Source of the DNA: Rhina ancylostomus
Lineage: Eukaryota
NCBI GenBank assembly: GCA_030265395.1
Contig: JARFYF010000050.1
Span: 22,729,076-22,793,075 of the forward strand
Direction of reading: 5' to 3'
Length of the DNA: 64,000 bases
Below are positions 37,010 to 49,399 of the stretch, piece after piece. The position numbers and the translations under genes were made by a program. Position 1 is the first letter of the stretch. Each line of letters starts with the position of its first letter. The notes below the pieces were generated by a model that searched no databases, was not told the DNA's origin, and saw nothing but the letters and a program-made list of their open reading frames with translations.

Positions 37010-38080
37010 TAATAGTTAGTGCACACAAGGAGGCCATTGAGCCCATTACATCCATGCTAGCTCCCTATCAGAGCCAGTTTCCTGTTCCACCCACCAGGCC
37101 TTTCTCCGTAGCCCTGCAGAGATTCCTTAACCAAGTTCCCTGGAAGATCAGAATGGAACCAACTGTCACCACATCAGCATGCAGTGAATNNNNNNNNNNN
37201 NNNNNNNNNNNNNNNNNNNNNNNNNNNNNNNNNNNNNNNNNNNNNNNNNNNNNNNNNNNNNNNNNNNNNNNNNNNNNNNNNNNNNNNNNCAGATTCCAAC
37301 CACATGACAAGCAAAACATTTCTTCACATTTATAAAACAAAGGTTAAGAGATTTAATGCGATCTTTAGCCCTCAAACCTTCCACCAAAAAGATAATTGCT
37401 CCCACTATCCATTCTGTCCAGACCACTCATCATTTCACATACTTCCCTTCAGCCTTTACTTTGCTAACGAAAAGAGGACAGGCCTGCCCAAACATCATTG
37501 TAACTGGCCTTGGGATGAGGGAGTACATTCTTGTTAATCTTTTCAGGACCCTCTCTAATGCACTCACGTCCTTCCTATAATGAAGCAACCAGAATCAAAC
37601 ACCATAGTCCTGTTGAGGTTGCAACAGTGACAGGACTTCCGTGCTCTTGTATTCCATGCCGCTATTGATAAAATAGAGAACTTCATTGGTCTTTTTAGCT
37701 GCTTTCTCAATGTACCCTTTCTTTGATTAATCCACTAGGTCCCTCTGCTCTCAGAAAAGGGTCCTTTCTTACATGTTGTATTTCTCAATTCTTTCTACCA
37801 AAATGCATCACTTCACATTTCTCTGTATTAGACTTCATCTGTCTGTTCAACCAGCAGACTGCAATCCATCACTATCTTTGAAATTCACAAGACTGACAAG
37901 ATTTGGATCATGTGCAAATTTAGAAGTTGTGTCTTGCATGCAAGTTCAGGTAATCGTTTTAGATTTAAATTAAAAACATGGCCCTAACATGGAACCCTGC
38001 TGAATGCCACTATTCACCTTCTGATAAACAACTATGTACTGTGACCCTCTATTGGCTCTTAACCAACTTCATACTAATGC
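37010..38080 (-). mobile_element. degraded CR1 LINE
   Basis: Reverse tail ggaggccattgagcccat; reverse ORF2 motifs ttttcaggaccctctctaatgc, ggaaccctgctgaatgccact (SGIQQGS). Confidence 0.65.
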
Positions 38081-38094
38081 TTTGAATTTAAGGA

Positions 38095-40864
38095 GCACGA
38101 TAGCAGATCAAAAAGTAGCATCTCCAACATTGTAATCACTGGATTACCTCAGATGCTATGTGCTGGCAAGTACAGGAGCAGTAGGATGGGTCAGATGAAT
38201 GTGGGTTGAATTGAGGACGTAGGAACAAGGGTTTTAGATTTCAGGATCCAGAGACCATTTCAGGAAAGGTGTGACCTCTACAGGCCAGGTAAGTTGCATC
38301 TGAAACTCCTTATTGGGGAGGTTTGCTAACTCTGGTGGGGGGGGGGGGGGTGGGGGAGTGGGAGNNNNNNNNNNNNNNNNNNNNNNNNNNNNNNNNNNNN
38401 NNNNNNNNNNNNNNNNNNNNNNNNNNNNNNNNNNNNNNNNNNNNNNNNNNNNNNNNNNNNNNNNGGTTTGCTAACTCTGGTGGGGGGGGGGGGTGGGGGA
38501 GTGGGAGGTTAGAGGAATGGGACACAAAGTGGGAGTACAGTAAGGGGGTGAGGATCAGACAGATATAGAAAGAAAGCTAAGTCAATCTGGTGAGTGCAGC
38601 AAATTGACTTGACAAGGTACAGGGGAAGAATGCAAGGCTGAATTGCATTTATTTTAAGACAAGCAGTCTGACAAGCAATGCAGATGAACAGTGGGTGTTG
38701 ATTAATATATATAGCAATATGATATTGGTGCTTTCATTGTTTAGGCAGAGTGAAACACGACATTTCATGCATGATGGGTGGGGAGAGTAACAGAATAGGG
38801 CCCAGCACCAGTCCTTGTGGTAGGTCATCGGTCATAGACTTCCAGCTGTGAAAAATCTTTGGGAATCTAGGTAGGGAAGAGGGCAGAGTGTGGGTGGGAA
38901 ACCACTAAGAGGTTGGGACCATACTCCATAGGTTCTAAGATATGAAGGAGGACATGGATGGATGAGAAGTTAAAGCTCTGAATCGGAGGAACGCAGATTC
39001 AACATGTAAAGACAGGAAGCAGCTCCTTCCAGTTAAGTCTACATGCAACCACAAGAGTCATTCAAAGTGAAACAGGGAGAGTTCAGGGCCATTGTTTTCC
39101 CATGATGGTGAAAGCCAATAAGTTCAAGGAACCCTGGATATCAGAGGATATCCAGAGTCTAATGAGATGCACCCAAGGCCACTACAGGAAGCAATGGAGA
39201 TTGCTAGGGCTTTGTCCGAAATCTTCAAACCTTCTCTGACCAGATGACAGGAGAACAACTAATGTAATGCTTTTAGCAACGATAAACCAGGTAATTACAG
39301 GCTAAGTTTAACATCAGAGGTGGGGAAATTACTGGAAAAAGTTCTGAGAGACAAAATTAATCTGCATTTGGAGAGGCACAGATTGATCAGGGATAATCAG
39401 CCTGGCTTTGTTGAGGGGAGATCCTATCCAACTAAATTGATTGCATTTTGAGGGAGGCAAGAAGTGTGTCAATGAGATTAAAGCACTTGATGTGCTTTAC
39501 CTGGACATCAATAAGGCCTGTGTCAAAAGTCCCACGTGGGAGACTGGTCCAATAAAGTAAGAGTCCATCGGATCCAAGGCAATTTGGCTCTATTATTCCC
39601 TTGGTGATAGGAGGCAGTGGGTGAAGCTCAAGGATTGCTTTAGTGATTGGAAGTCTGTGATCAAAGATGTATCACAGGGACCCTTACTGTTTGTTATTTG
39701 ATTAGCAATCTAGACATGAAAAGTAAGGAGGTTTGATCAGTTTGATCAGCTGACAAAGATTGGTGGATTTATTGATCATGCAGATGGTAATCTTCAGCTG
39801 CAGAATGATATGATCAGTTGTTAATACAGGCAGAGAAATAGCAGGTGGAATTCAATTCTGAAATACATGAGAGGTGATGTGTTTGAGGACGACTAATAAG
39901 GCTAGGACACACACAATGAATTGCAGAACTCAAAGTAGTGCTGAGGAACAGATGGATTTTGTGCACATATTCAAGGATCTGTGAAGACAGTAGCACAGGT
40001 GATAAGGTGGTTAAAAAGGAATACAGGATACTTGCCTTCATTAGTAAGAGCAAAGCAAAACTCAAAGAGATCAAGACACGACAACACAAAACATTGGTAG
40101 GTCACAGTTAGAATACTGTGACCTGTTCTGATCAGCACACTAAAGGAAAGACGCAATTGCACCAGAGAGGGTGCAGAGAAAAGTCACCAAGGAGGTGCCT
40201 GGGATAGAGAATCTGAGTTACAAGACACATAAACGACCTGGCTCATTGTCTCTGGAGCAGGAAAAGTTGGGGGGGGGGACCCAATCGAGATCTGCTTAGT
40301 TCTGAGGGCCATAAATAGGTTTCCTGCCCTCTTGATCAATCCATCACCCACACACTCCTCCCACCAGTTGCCCTCCTTCCCTCTATCCCATAGTCCACTG
40401 CCATCTCCTATCAGATTCCATCTTCTTCAGCCTTTTGTTACTTCTACCTATCACCTCTCAGCTTCATTCCCACCCTCCCCTCTCTGGCTATCAACCCCCT
40501 CACCTGGATCCACCCATCACCCACCAGTTCTTGCTCCGCCCCTTCCTCCCATCTTTTTATACAGACTCTCTCTCCTTTTTCTTTCCAGTCCTGATGAAGG
40601 GTCCCAACTATTTCCCTCCATAGATGCTGCCTGATCCACTGAATTGCTCCACCTCCTTTCTGTGATGCTCTGGATAGCAAGAAACTTTTCTCCTTAGCAG
40701 AGATATCCGAAACCAGAGGGAGTGGGTTGAAAATATTTGAGGATTTGAGCAAGAACTTTTTTCATTCGGCGATGGCCAAAATCTGGAATGCAGTACTGGA
40801 AGGGGTATTGGAAGCAGATACCCTCACAATATCTGTGAGGTATTTAGATGAGCATTTGAAACAC
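38095..40864 (+). mobile_element. long degraded CR1 with ORF1 SGNH-esterase remnant and ORF2
   Basis: KSSISNIVITGL..QMN..DLYRPGKLHL (esterase DGLHL-type motif); ORF2 start CIYF..NADE; DKPGNYR, GKLLEKVLRD, YLDINKA. Confidence 0.75.
40320..40672 (+). mobile_element. PLE pyrimidine-rich 3' UTR plus truncated HHR, nested in CR1
   Basis: cagtc-CTGATGA-agggtc at 40586-40603, GAAAC box deleted, then agatgctgcctgatcc. Confidence 0.75.
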
Positions 40865-41084
40865 NNNNNNNNNNNNNNNNNNNNNNNNNNNNNNNNNNNN
40901 NNNNNNNNNNNNNNNNNNNNNNNNNNNNNNNNNNNNNNNNNNNNNNNNNNNNNNNNNNNNNNNNNNNNNNNNNNNNNNNNNNNNNNNNNNNNNNNNNNNN
41001 NNNNNNAACACACCCTCTTTTCTTTGATAACATATTTGAGCTCATCACACAAGATATATCTAACATCTTGCTTTTTTTTGGGCA

Positions 41085-41627
41085 GGGTGCATTCAGCAGC
41101 TTTACGTCATTTGGAGTTTGAGGAGATTTGGTATGTCACCAAAGACTCTTGCAGATTTCTGCAGATAGATGGTGGAGAGCATTCTGACTGGTTGTATCAC
41201 CGCCTGGTATGGAGGGTCCAACACACAGGATCGAAGGAGGCTGCAGAAGGTTGTAGACTCAGTCAGCTCCAACGTGGACACAAACCTGCCCCCCCATCAT
41301 CAAGGACATGTTCAAGACACGGTGTTTCAGGAAGGCAGCATTCATCATTAAGGGCCCTCACCACTGGGACATCCCCTCTACGTGTTACCACCATCAGGAA
41401 AGAGGTACAGGAGCCTGAAGACCCACACTCAATGTTTTAGGAATAGCTTCGTCCCCTCCACCATCAGATTTCTGAACGGTCCATGAACACTACCTCATTA
41501 TTCATCTTTTGCATTATTTATACATTTTTGTAACTTATAGTAATTTTTATGTCTTGCACTGTACCGCTGCTGCAAAAACAACAAATTTCATGACAAATGT
41601 CCATGATAATAAACCTGATTCTGATTC
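41085..41627 (+). mobile_element. Rex1/Babar LINE 3' end, second subfamily
   Basis: VESILTGCITAWYG..DRRRLQKVV; tail aacaaatttcatgaca..ataataaacctgattctgattc. Confidence 0.85.
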
Positions 41628-43229
41628 GATCTGACCCATTTACAGAATAGATAATTGGCTATCCAATCCAAGATTCACAATAGTTCCTTGGTCGTTGAGT
41701 AGCTGGCAGTTTTCCCAGTGCAAGTACTTGCAGCAGGGAATACCATGGGAAGTTAGTCGATGGGAAACTATGACAAACACTATTGCAATTGCTGCCATCC
41801 AGGTAAACTGGAATCCACTAGCTGATACTTTAAAATTCCTGCACAGCAAGGAATGTAGACTCTTTGTAATTGATCATTTGGGGAAAGAGATACACTATTT
41901 ATCAAGCTGAAGATATCATTAGATCCATCTATTTTCCCTTGAGAACATCTTCTTGCATGTGTTAGAATATGCAACTTAGACATCAAGCTGATGTTTTGAA
42001 ATTCATATTTTTTTTGATTCAAATTGACCTAAACTGACAGCTCTTTTACTACTCAGTAAATCAAGGTTTATTGAATGTGACAATGCCACAAATTTAAATC
42101 AGAATATGTTTTGCTGGAACAAGCTTTGATTGTAAGGTCTTTATATATAAAAAGCATTGGAATAACATTAAACATTCAGCCCAGTTTGAGTTGTGTAGAT
42201 GCTTATGGATCCTATTTTATGAGAAAAGCAAAGCACCATCTTTGAACATAAGCAAGAAGGAACCGTTTATTCTGAAAAAGTAATCCTTTGAACCATATAG
42301 GAGTGTCAAGAACAAGTCCAATGGACAAAAGATAGGAAGCTCAGCATTCTGAGTGATTCAGCAGAAAGCAATTTGTTACAGTTTGGTCACTTATGCAAAA
42401 AAAATCTGTTAGGGAAAAATCAAATTATCCAAGAGGAAAGAGACATATCTCAATCCAGATAAAAGACATAATAGCATATGTTTGCAATATGTAACACGGG
42501 ATTATTACATCTACAGAAGTTGTTGGCCTCTGGCAAACATCAGAGGAACAGGAAGAGGAGGAGGGCAATGGGAAAGGAGGTGGCGAGCTGAGAAGGGAAG
42601 GGAAGGGACAATATCAATGAGATAAATCACCGAACTTTAATATACATTAATCACTATAATACTCACAAACTTGCTTCATGAATAGAATCAATAAAAAAAA
42701 CAGCTACAAGAAAAGGTTGGAAACAATAGATTCTCCTGCATAAAATGGTAGAAATATCACTTGGAAACTTTGAAATTGGAAATGGACAGGGACTGTAGTT
42801 GAGTTGGGGTTGGAGGAGATGAGGGGGGTTGCTGAGGAGAGGTGTAGTGGAGGGATTATGTGGAGGAAGAGAATGTGAACATGGAACAGGTAATGATTCA
42901 ATTTCAGGGAAAAAAAATTAGACAAGTAATATCCTGATACTCCCTCTCTTGTGGTAGACAGAGACAATTACACATTCAATTTAATTGGAAGAGTTTATGC
43001 CTGCATGCAGTGTGAGGTAATAAATGACCACATCACACAAATGCTGAGTGATGGTGATCATAGTCAACAAGAGAAAATCCAACCAATAAAGAAAAACAAA
43101 AAAAAACTGCAGAAGCTGGAAAACTTGGGATGAAAAGCAAGAAGTGTTAGAAACACTGAGATCAGGATGTCCATTTGATTTCAGAGAGTTTAACCAGCTT
43201 ATTTAGGCATTCATCAGTATTACCATTGC

Positions 43230-43618
43230 TAGCAACCCCACTATCTCCTTGGGGTTGTCATCAAGTGCATAACTGGGTCATCCACATAAATGTTTAGTCT
43301 TAGGTTGCAGATTATAAACTGTATATCCTAGGGCAAGTGACTCACTTCCTGACTCTCCCAAGTCTTTCCACCGAGGTTTGGTTCAGAATAATGAAATACT
43401 TTTGATTTGTATGGACAGGGCTGCTCAACTACTTTAAGTACCTCACACCATCTTTCTGTTCCTTCACTGCTGTGTCCAAACACTGGTGGAACAATTACCC
43501 GAAGGGTGAACTTTCACTACATGGCTTGCAGTGGTGTAAGAAACTGGTTCATCAACATCTCAAAGGGAATCAGTAGGTTAAATGCTGGCCTTGCCAAAAT
43601 GCCTATTCCATAAATAAT
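43230..43618 (+). mobile_element. degraded CR1/L2-group LINE 3' end
   Basis: atctcaaagggaatc..aaatgctggccttgcc..ccataaataa, same tail as 28085-28392. Confidence 0.55.
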
Positions 43619-45149
43619 TTAGAAGCCTTTAAATAAAAATCATCCAACTTAATTTAGAGCAGAATATCACATGTTGCAAAACCTTGGTGGCCAAAAGGGG
43701 ATCAAACTCTTCTCCATGTCCAAGTGAGCAGCATTGCTCTGAAGACCCTCTGGCAATTAATCCTGCCTTTATTGTTAAAGATCTTTCCCACTGCTGTACA
43801 TCTGCCCCCATTTGAAAGGCAGTACAAAGAACTGGGATCTGTGGGATCAAGGCCAACAACGTGAACCAGTGTAATGTTGATTGTCTGGGTGAGAGAACAA
43901 CACATGTAGGTAACTGGAGGAAGGAGCATGCAGGTTTGGACAAGTGGGTGGAAGCAAGAACAAAGAAACCAGCCCAACAGCCAGGCTTCAGGTAATATAC
44001 CATTTGTACAGAGCTGAATGAGTCTTACCTCCCATATTGAATTTTCGTGGTAAAAAACAGAAATTGCTACATATTTATGTTAATTGTAAAAGCTCTCAAT
44101 CAGCCTACATTGACGCCAACCTAATAATAATGTGATTGAAGTAAATGATCCCAGTAGATTAATCTCTGACAACACCTAAAATATTGCAACTGAAATGTCC
44201 AAATAATGAATGAGGCTTGAGCTTCACCTGACACTAATAATGTTGGAGGCATTGCCAAGCTCAGTAGGGAGGCTGTTATTATTCAGCTCAATTGTGAGTT
44301 AACCAAGCTCTGGCTCTTTAAAAATAAAAGCTAACACAGTTTTCTCAAAAGTAACCTTGGAATATTAAAATCTCACATTCAGCAGCAGAATCGCTCAAAA
44401 GGGATTGCAATCTTAAAGCACCAAATAATGTCATTAGTTACAGCAAACCAGACAGTTTTAGATCAGCAAGGCAAGATCCTCAACCAACCTCTGATGTGTA
44501 ATGTGAGTGGCAGGGGACAGGTAAAACACAGATAAATGCCAAATTAGTCATTTAGAAGACATTTAAGAGATTCCTATAGGGCCTTGGAGAGGTGATTAAT
44601 CAAGGAAAAGTCTATTGTAGGTAATGAATGGTTTAATTACTAAGGTTTGTTGGTGATATTCTGTGCTGATTAACTCAGCAGAGAAGCTGCATGTGAAATT
44701 AGAAAGGAGAGAACATGGTTTTTTTCACCTGCAGACACTGGGTTGAATCTTCAGAAAGCCAAGTGCAGTACCTCCGTATCCCAGTTACACTTTTCATATC
44801 AAAAGAGAAAGACTCCCTTATCAGAAGATAGGTAAATGGGGGCCTACACCCATGTGTTTATCTTGCAAGCTCAGTGCCCCAGCAGTATCTGCTTGTCCTT
44901 GTACCAGTGAGTTGACATACCTGGAGTGCTGAGAGTGGTGGGAAAGGACTGAATGAGATCGGCTTTGCTCGAAAATCCTGCACTGAATGGAATTGGAAGG
45001 TTTATATGCTGGATCAGAAGACTTTGGCCAATGGGAGGGGATGAGGACTGGGTACTGGGCTGGATGGCTACATGGATCCACCTGAAGAGGATCTGGAAAC
45101 TGACCAGTGAAATTATAAAAGGGAATTCTGGAAGACAATCCAATGGGAG

Positions 45150-45640
45150 TTGGTAATTGGTTCATTATTGTCACATGTACTGAGATACTGTGAAAAGCTT
45201 TGTCTGCATGCCATCGAGGTAGTACAAAGGAAAAAAACAATAACAACATGCAGAACATAGGGTTAAAATTGTAGAGAAAGTGCAGTGCAGGTAGGCAATC
45301 AATATGCAAGGGCCATGACAAGGTCAAGAGTTTGTCTTTATTGTACAAGAGGTCCATTCAAGAATCTTATAACAGTGGGATAGAAGATAGAGGAATCTTT
45401 AATTATGTTGGCTGCTTTCCTGAGGCAGTGGGAAGTGTAGACAGAAGTTAATGGAGGGGAGGCTGGTTTTCATGATAGACTGAGCTGTGCTCACAACTCT
45501 CTGCAATTTCTTACTGTCTTGGGCAGAGCAGTTGCCATACCAAGCTGTGATGCATCTGCACAAATTGGTGAGGGTCATTAGGGACATAAGGTTCTTTAGC
45601 TTTCTGTGGAAGTAGAGATGCCGGTGTGCTTTCTTGTCCA
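45150..45640 (-). mobile_element. Rex1/Babar LINE 3' end
   Basis: CITAWYGNCSAQDSKKLQRVV..TSLPSI; reverse tail ttattgtcacatgtactgagatactgtgaaaag. Confidence 0.88.
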
Positions 45641-45881
45641 TACCACGAATACTTCCAGGCATTGGCATCTAGTGTTCACACGACAAAGCAATTAGTTTAT
45701 CCAAAACCAGTAAGCCAGGATGGAGGTTTATGATGGTCCAAGTTATTCAGAGCTGGGGTTAGCCAGTAATAATTGGAAGGCNNNNNNNNNNNNNNNNNNN
45801 NNNNNNNNNNNNNNNNNNNNNNNNNNNNNNNNNNNNNNNNNNNNNNNNNNNNNNNNNNNNNNNNNNNNNNNNNNNNNNNNN

Positions 45882-46280
45882 GGAAGGCATAGGAGGCTGA
45901 GGGCTGACCTTATAGAGGTATACAGAATCATAAGGGGCATAGATAAGGTGGATGGTTACAGTCTATTTCCCAGGATAGGGGAGTCTAAAACTAGAAGGCA
46001 TAGATTTAAGGTGATAGCGGAAAGACTTAAAAGGGGAGATGAGGGGCAAATTTTTCCACACAATTGATAGTGGATTAATGGAATGATCTGCCAGAGGAAG
46101 TGGGAGAGGCAGATGCAATTACAATGCTTAAAAGACATTTAGACAGGAACATGAATAGGAAAGGTTTGGAGAGATATGAGCCAATTGCAGGAAAATGGGA
46201 CAAGCTCAAGTAGGCAACTTGGTTGACATGGATGAGCTGGGCTGAAGGGCCCATTTCTGTGCTGTATAATCTATATTATG
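45882..46280 (+). mobile_element. CR1 LINE 3' end
   Basis: RRLRADLIEVYRIIRGID..LFP..KTRRHRFK; tail gggctgaagggcccatttctgtgctgtat. Confidence 0.9.
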
Positions 46281-49200
46281 AACTCTGTACTATGCAGATC
46301 TCCATCAGCCATGGACTGACCTCTCCTTGGGGACACTATGCCTGGGAGCATGTTGGTAGAAGCAACTTATCCCCAATGCCATGCCAACAGCAAGCTGAGG
46401 TGGCATGTCATCCATTGGAAGATCTACTCTGATTAACACCATTGCTCCAAATCTGCAAAACTTTAGACAAAATATTCTTTTCCTTTTCAATAATCTGCCT
46501 TAAATTAACTCCTTAAACTCAACCATCACAAGACAGTTCTATGCATTTATGCATACAGTGTGTGAATGACTAAAATACAACAAAAAATAAAATCTATTGT
46601 GATAATTGGGCTTGATTAATTCACTGTGGTTCATGGAAAGCAAAGTCAGGAATCTGAATACTTAGTGTTTTAATATGTTTTTAACTCTTGGTTCAGTGTT
46701 TCCCACTCAAATTTTTCTTGCTATCTCATTCGAAGTTGGAGAACATATATCCCTGCCACCAAAGAATAAAAATATCAAGTTTTCCACACATTTTGCCTGA
46801 AATGGTGCAAAGCATTGAGAAATTTCAGGTGTAAATTACGCTCAGTCAAATTGAATTTTGGAAAATATCATATGACGGTTTATAAAACAGTTGCACGAGA
46901 AGGACCACCTGCAAAATTGACTGCAAAGATGAACTGATTAAATCACTAGGGTAAGTTTACACAGAATGTGCTCATCAATGTGCCTTTGACAAGATTCTTA
47001 AACATTTTAGTGCAAGATCACTAATAAGTCTCAAGGAAACAAAGTCTTAAACTAAATATATATTTTTAAATATACAAAAATCTGACTGCTGTAAGTTAAT
47101 GAAACTAAACATTCACATGGAAAGATTACTAAAGTATTTCAAATTGATGTTAGTAACAGGCAGTGGACCAGACATTTATTACAATTGCTTATTTGTGATA
47201 AGCAAGGCCCCACCTAACAGGTGGCTTAAACTTCAAAAATTTCCAGCTGAATTGCAGACAAAAGACTTGCAGAAAAGTAGAATTTACTTTGTTTATTGTA
47301 ATTTTCAGTCAGTGTATTTTATTCCAGTGGGGAGTATCTGGAAAGCAGTTTATACTTTGAGACTCTTTGAAGCACAAATTATACCATGTCTTTGGAGTGT
47401 TTTACCTTAGTAGCTATCCTTCCCAATCCCCTCCCCCAAATATCTGCCGGTGCTTCGCACTTCTTCACTCCAGGCTAAGTTACATCCCCCGATGGGTTTT
47501 TGGAGATTGCTGCAGAAATAGGTAGTCTGGGGTCTGGGATTTGGTAGACTGGTGGCAAGAACCAAGGGTATAATCACTGGAGGCTCTGGAAGTAAAAATA
47601 AGTTGGACGATTTTAACTGATGAGACTTAGGCCAGGTATTGCAGAATCTACAGTACTGTAATATAGGTAGGGCTCTAGCTTTTCAGCTTTGCACCAGCCT
47701 GCCACTCAAATACATTAAGACATGTTTTAAAATGCAAGTATATGAAAATATTGCAAATTGATGCCTGATTCACAGAAGATGTTTAATCAACATGCAGTGA
47801 TAGGCAAAGAAATATGAACAAAAATTGAGTGAAGTTTTAAAAAACCCATTGATTTAAATATAATGTTCAGTGTATTTTATGTACAGATTGCCAACTTAAA
47901 CCAAAGCAAAAATTCCTCAACAGTCTCAAGAAAAATTATGNNNNNNNNNNNNNNNNNNNNNNNNNNNNNNNNNNNNNNNNNNNNNNNNNNNNNNNNNNNN
48001 NNNNNNNNNNNNNNNNNNNNNNNNNNNNNNNNNNNNNNNNTCAACAGTCTCAAAAAAAATTATGGTACAAATCAACTAAAATAACATTCCCTAGAATGCC
48101 ATTTGTTAAGTCTGAATAACTGGAACAGTCTGTCATAAACTGGGTGTTATTAATAATGAACCCACTGATAATTCCGAAGCTTACTTGAAAAGACAACGAA
48201 TGTATTTTGTTGATTGGATCCCACCATCATTAACATGGTCAGCAATTACAGCACAACCTTAGTTCCCTCCAAACAGGAATAAAGTGAGCAATCTTGTTGA
48301 CTTGGTGCAGTTTATGTGAATGTACACCTCCAGAGCTGCAGTGATGAAGGAGTGTCCACATATACAAGTCAAAATGCTGTGTGGCTTTAAAGTTCTCAAT
48401 CTAGTCATTCTCTCCCTAGTAGATGAAAGTCATCTTGGGTTTTGTTGGTCCTGATGAAGTAGAATTGGAGAGTTAGTGCAGTCCATCCTTTTGATAGTAC
48501 ACCCTGCCACCACAGGGCATCAGGAGGTGGATGGGATGCTTTATTCTGGTTATTGCCAAACTGTGCTATTGGATGTACATCATCCATGCAAGTGGCAAGT
48601 ATTCCTCCACTCTCCCAACTTCCTGGATGCTAAAACAATTCTTCTGTGCAGACTGAAGTAAGCATTAACTAGAAAGTTGAGGCCTGCCTCAGCAATGTTT
48701 AAAGGAACCCAACCTTACTGCTGGGAGTCTGAGTCAACCACCTCCGTCCAACTTAGTTCTCCTTCAGGTGTTTTGCTCATGACAATCCCTCACATTTGCA
48801 CCCACCCCTCCCCAACCAAGCCTCCCTCCTTGGGCACCCCTGATCAACACCTCTCCCAGTCAACAACATGCACTGCCTGACTACGTCACCTTCACCATCT
48901 GTACACAACTGCTAGAACCGGAAATATCCCAGCCCTCCACCCTTTTCTCCTCTATGGCTTTTTAAAATCTGATGGCCAGAAAGTAATCAATAGTATCCCC
49001 ATTGCAACATGCTAAGTCTTCTCTCCGCTGTGGAGAATTTTTTGCATTAACAGGCAGTAAACAAGATTTTCATTTCTTCGCAAAAAGTGCTCAGGAACCA
49101 CATTCCCCTGAACTTTCTCTTCTCTCCAGAATAATTCTAACTTGGGTAGAGAACCACGAGTGACAGCACCCTTCCACCACCTCACTAAAAAGGATTTTCT

Positions 49201-49330
49201 TTTTCCAAGAACCAACACAGTGATAGGTGGAAAGCTCCGACTGTGGTTGGCAGCACAGTACTCCTCAATTGCTTTGTTTTCCAGCAGGAGAATGAGGAGA
49301 CAGCAGAGCAGAGGGTGGTATTCCACTTAC

Positions 49331-49399
49331 ATCCTCACATTTTCCCAACCAGGAAATGTTTATGCCAATTGTGAGGTTTGCCTTCCATTCACTTAACAG
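49331..49399 (-). other. candidate exon (LLSEWKANLTIGINISWLGKCED), product unknown
   Basis: Acceptor ttttatgtaccccag, donor GAT|GTAAGT, 69 nt, single open frame, phase 0-0. Confidence 0.22.

Noticed and set aside
38320-38510. Apparent direct repeat ggtttgctaactctggtg(g)ntgggggagtgggag
   Set aside because: Same sequence on both sides of an N gap with a homopolymer difference: unmerged contig overlap
43629-44003. Two overlapping minus ORFs with a plausible acceptor
   Set aside because: No convincing donor and no recognisable peptide
44821-45357. 178-aa minus ORF
   Set aside because: Starts in a Rex1 3' UTR; no recognisable protein features
47917-48064. Direct repeat tcaacagtctcaa(g/a)aaaaattatg around a gap
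   Set aside because: Same scaffolding artefact
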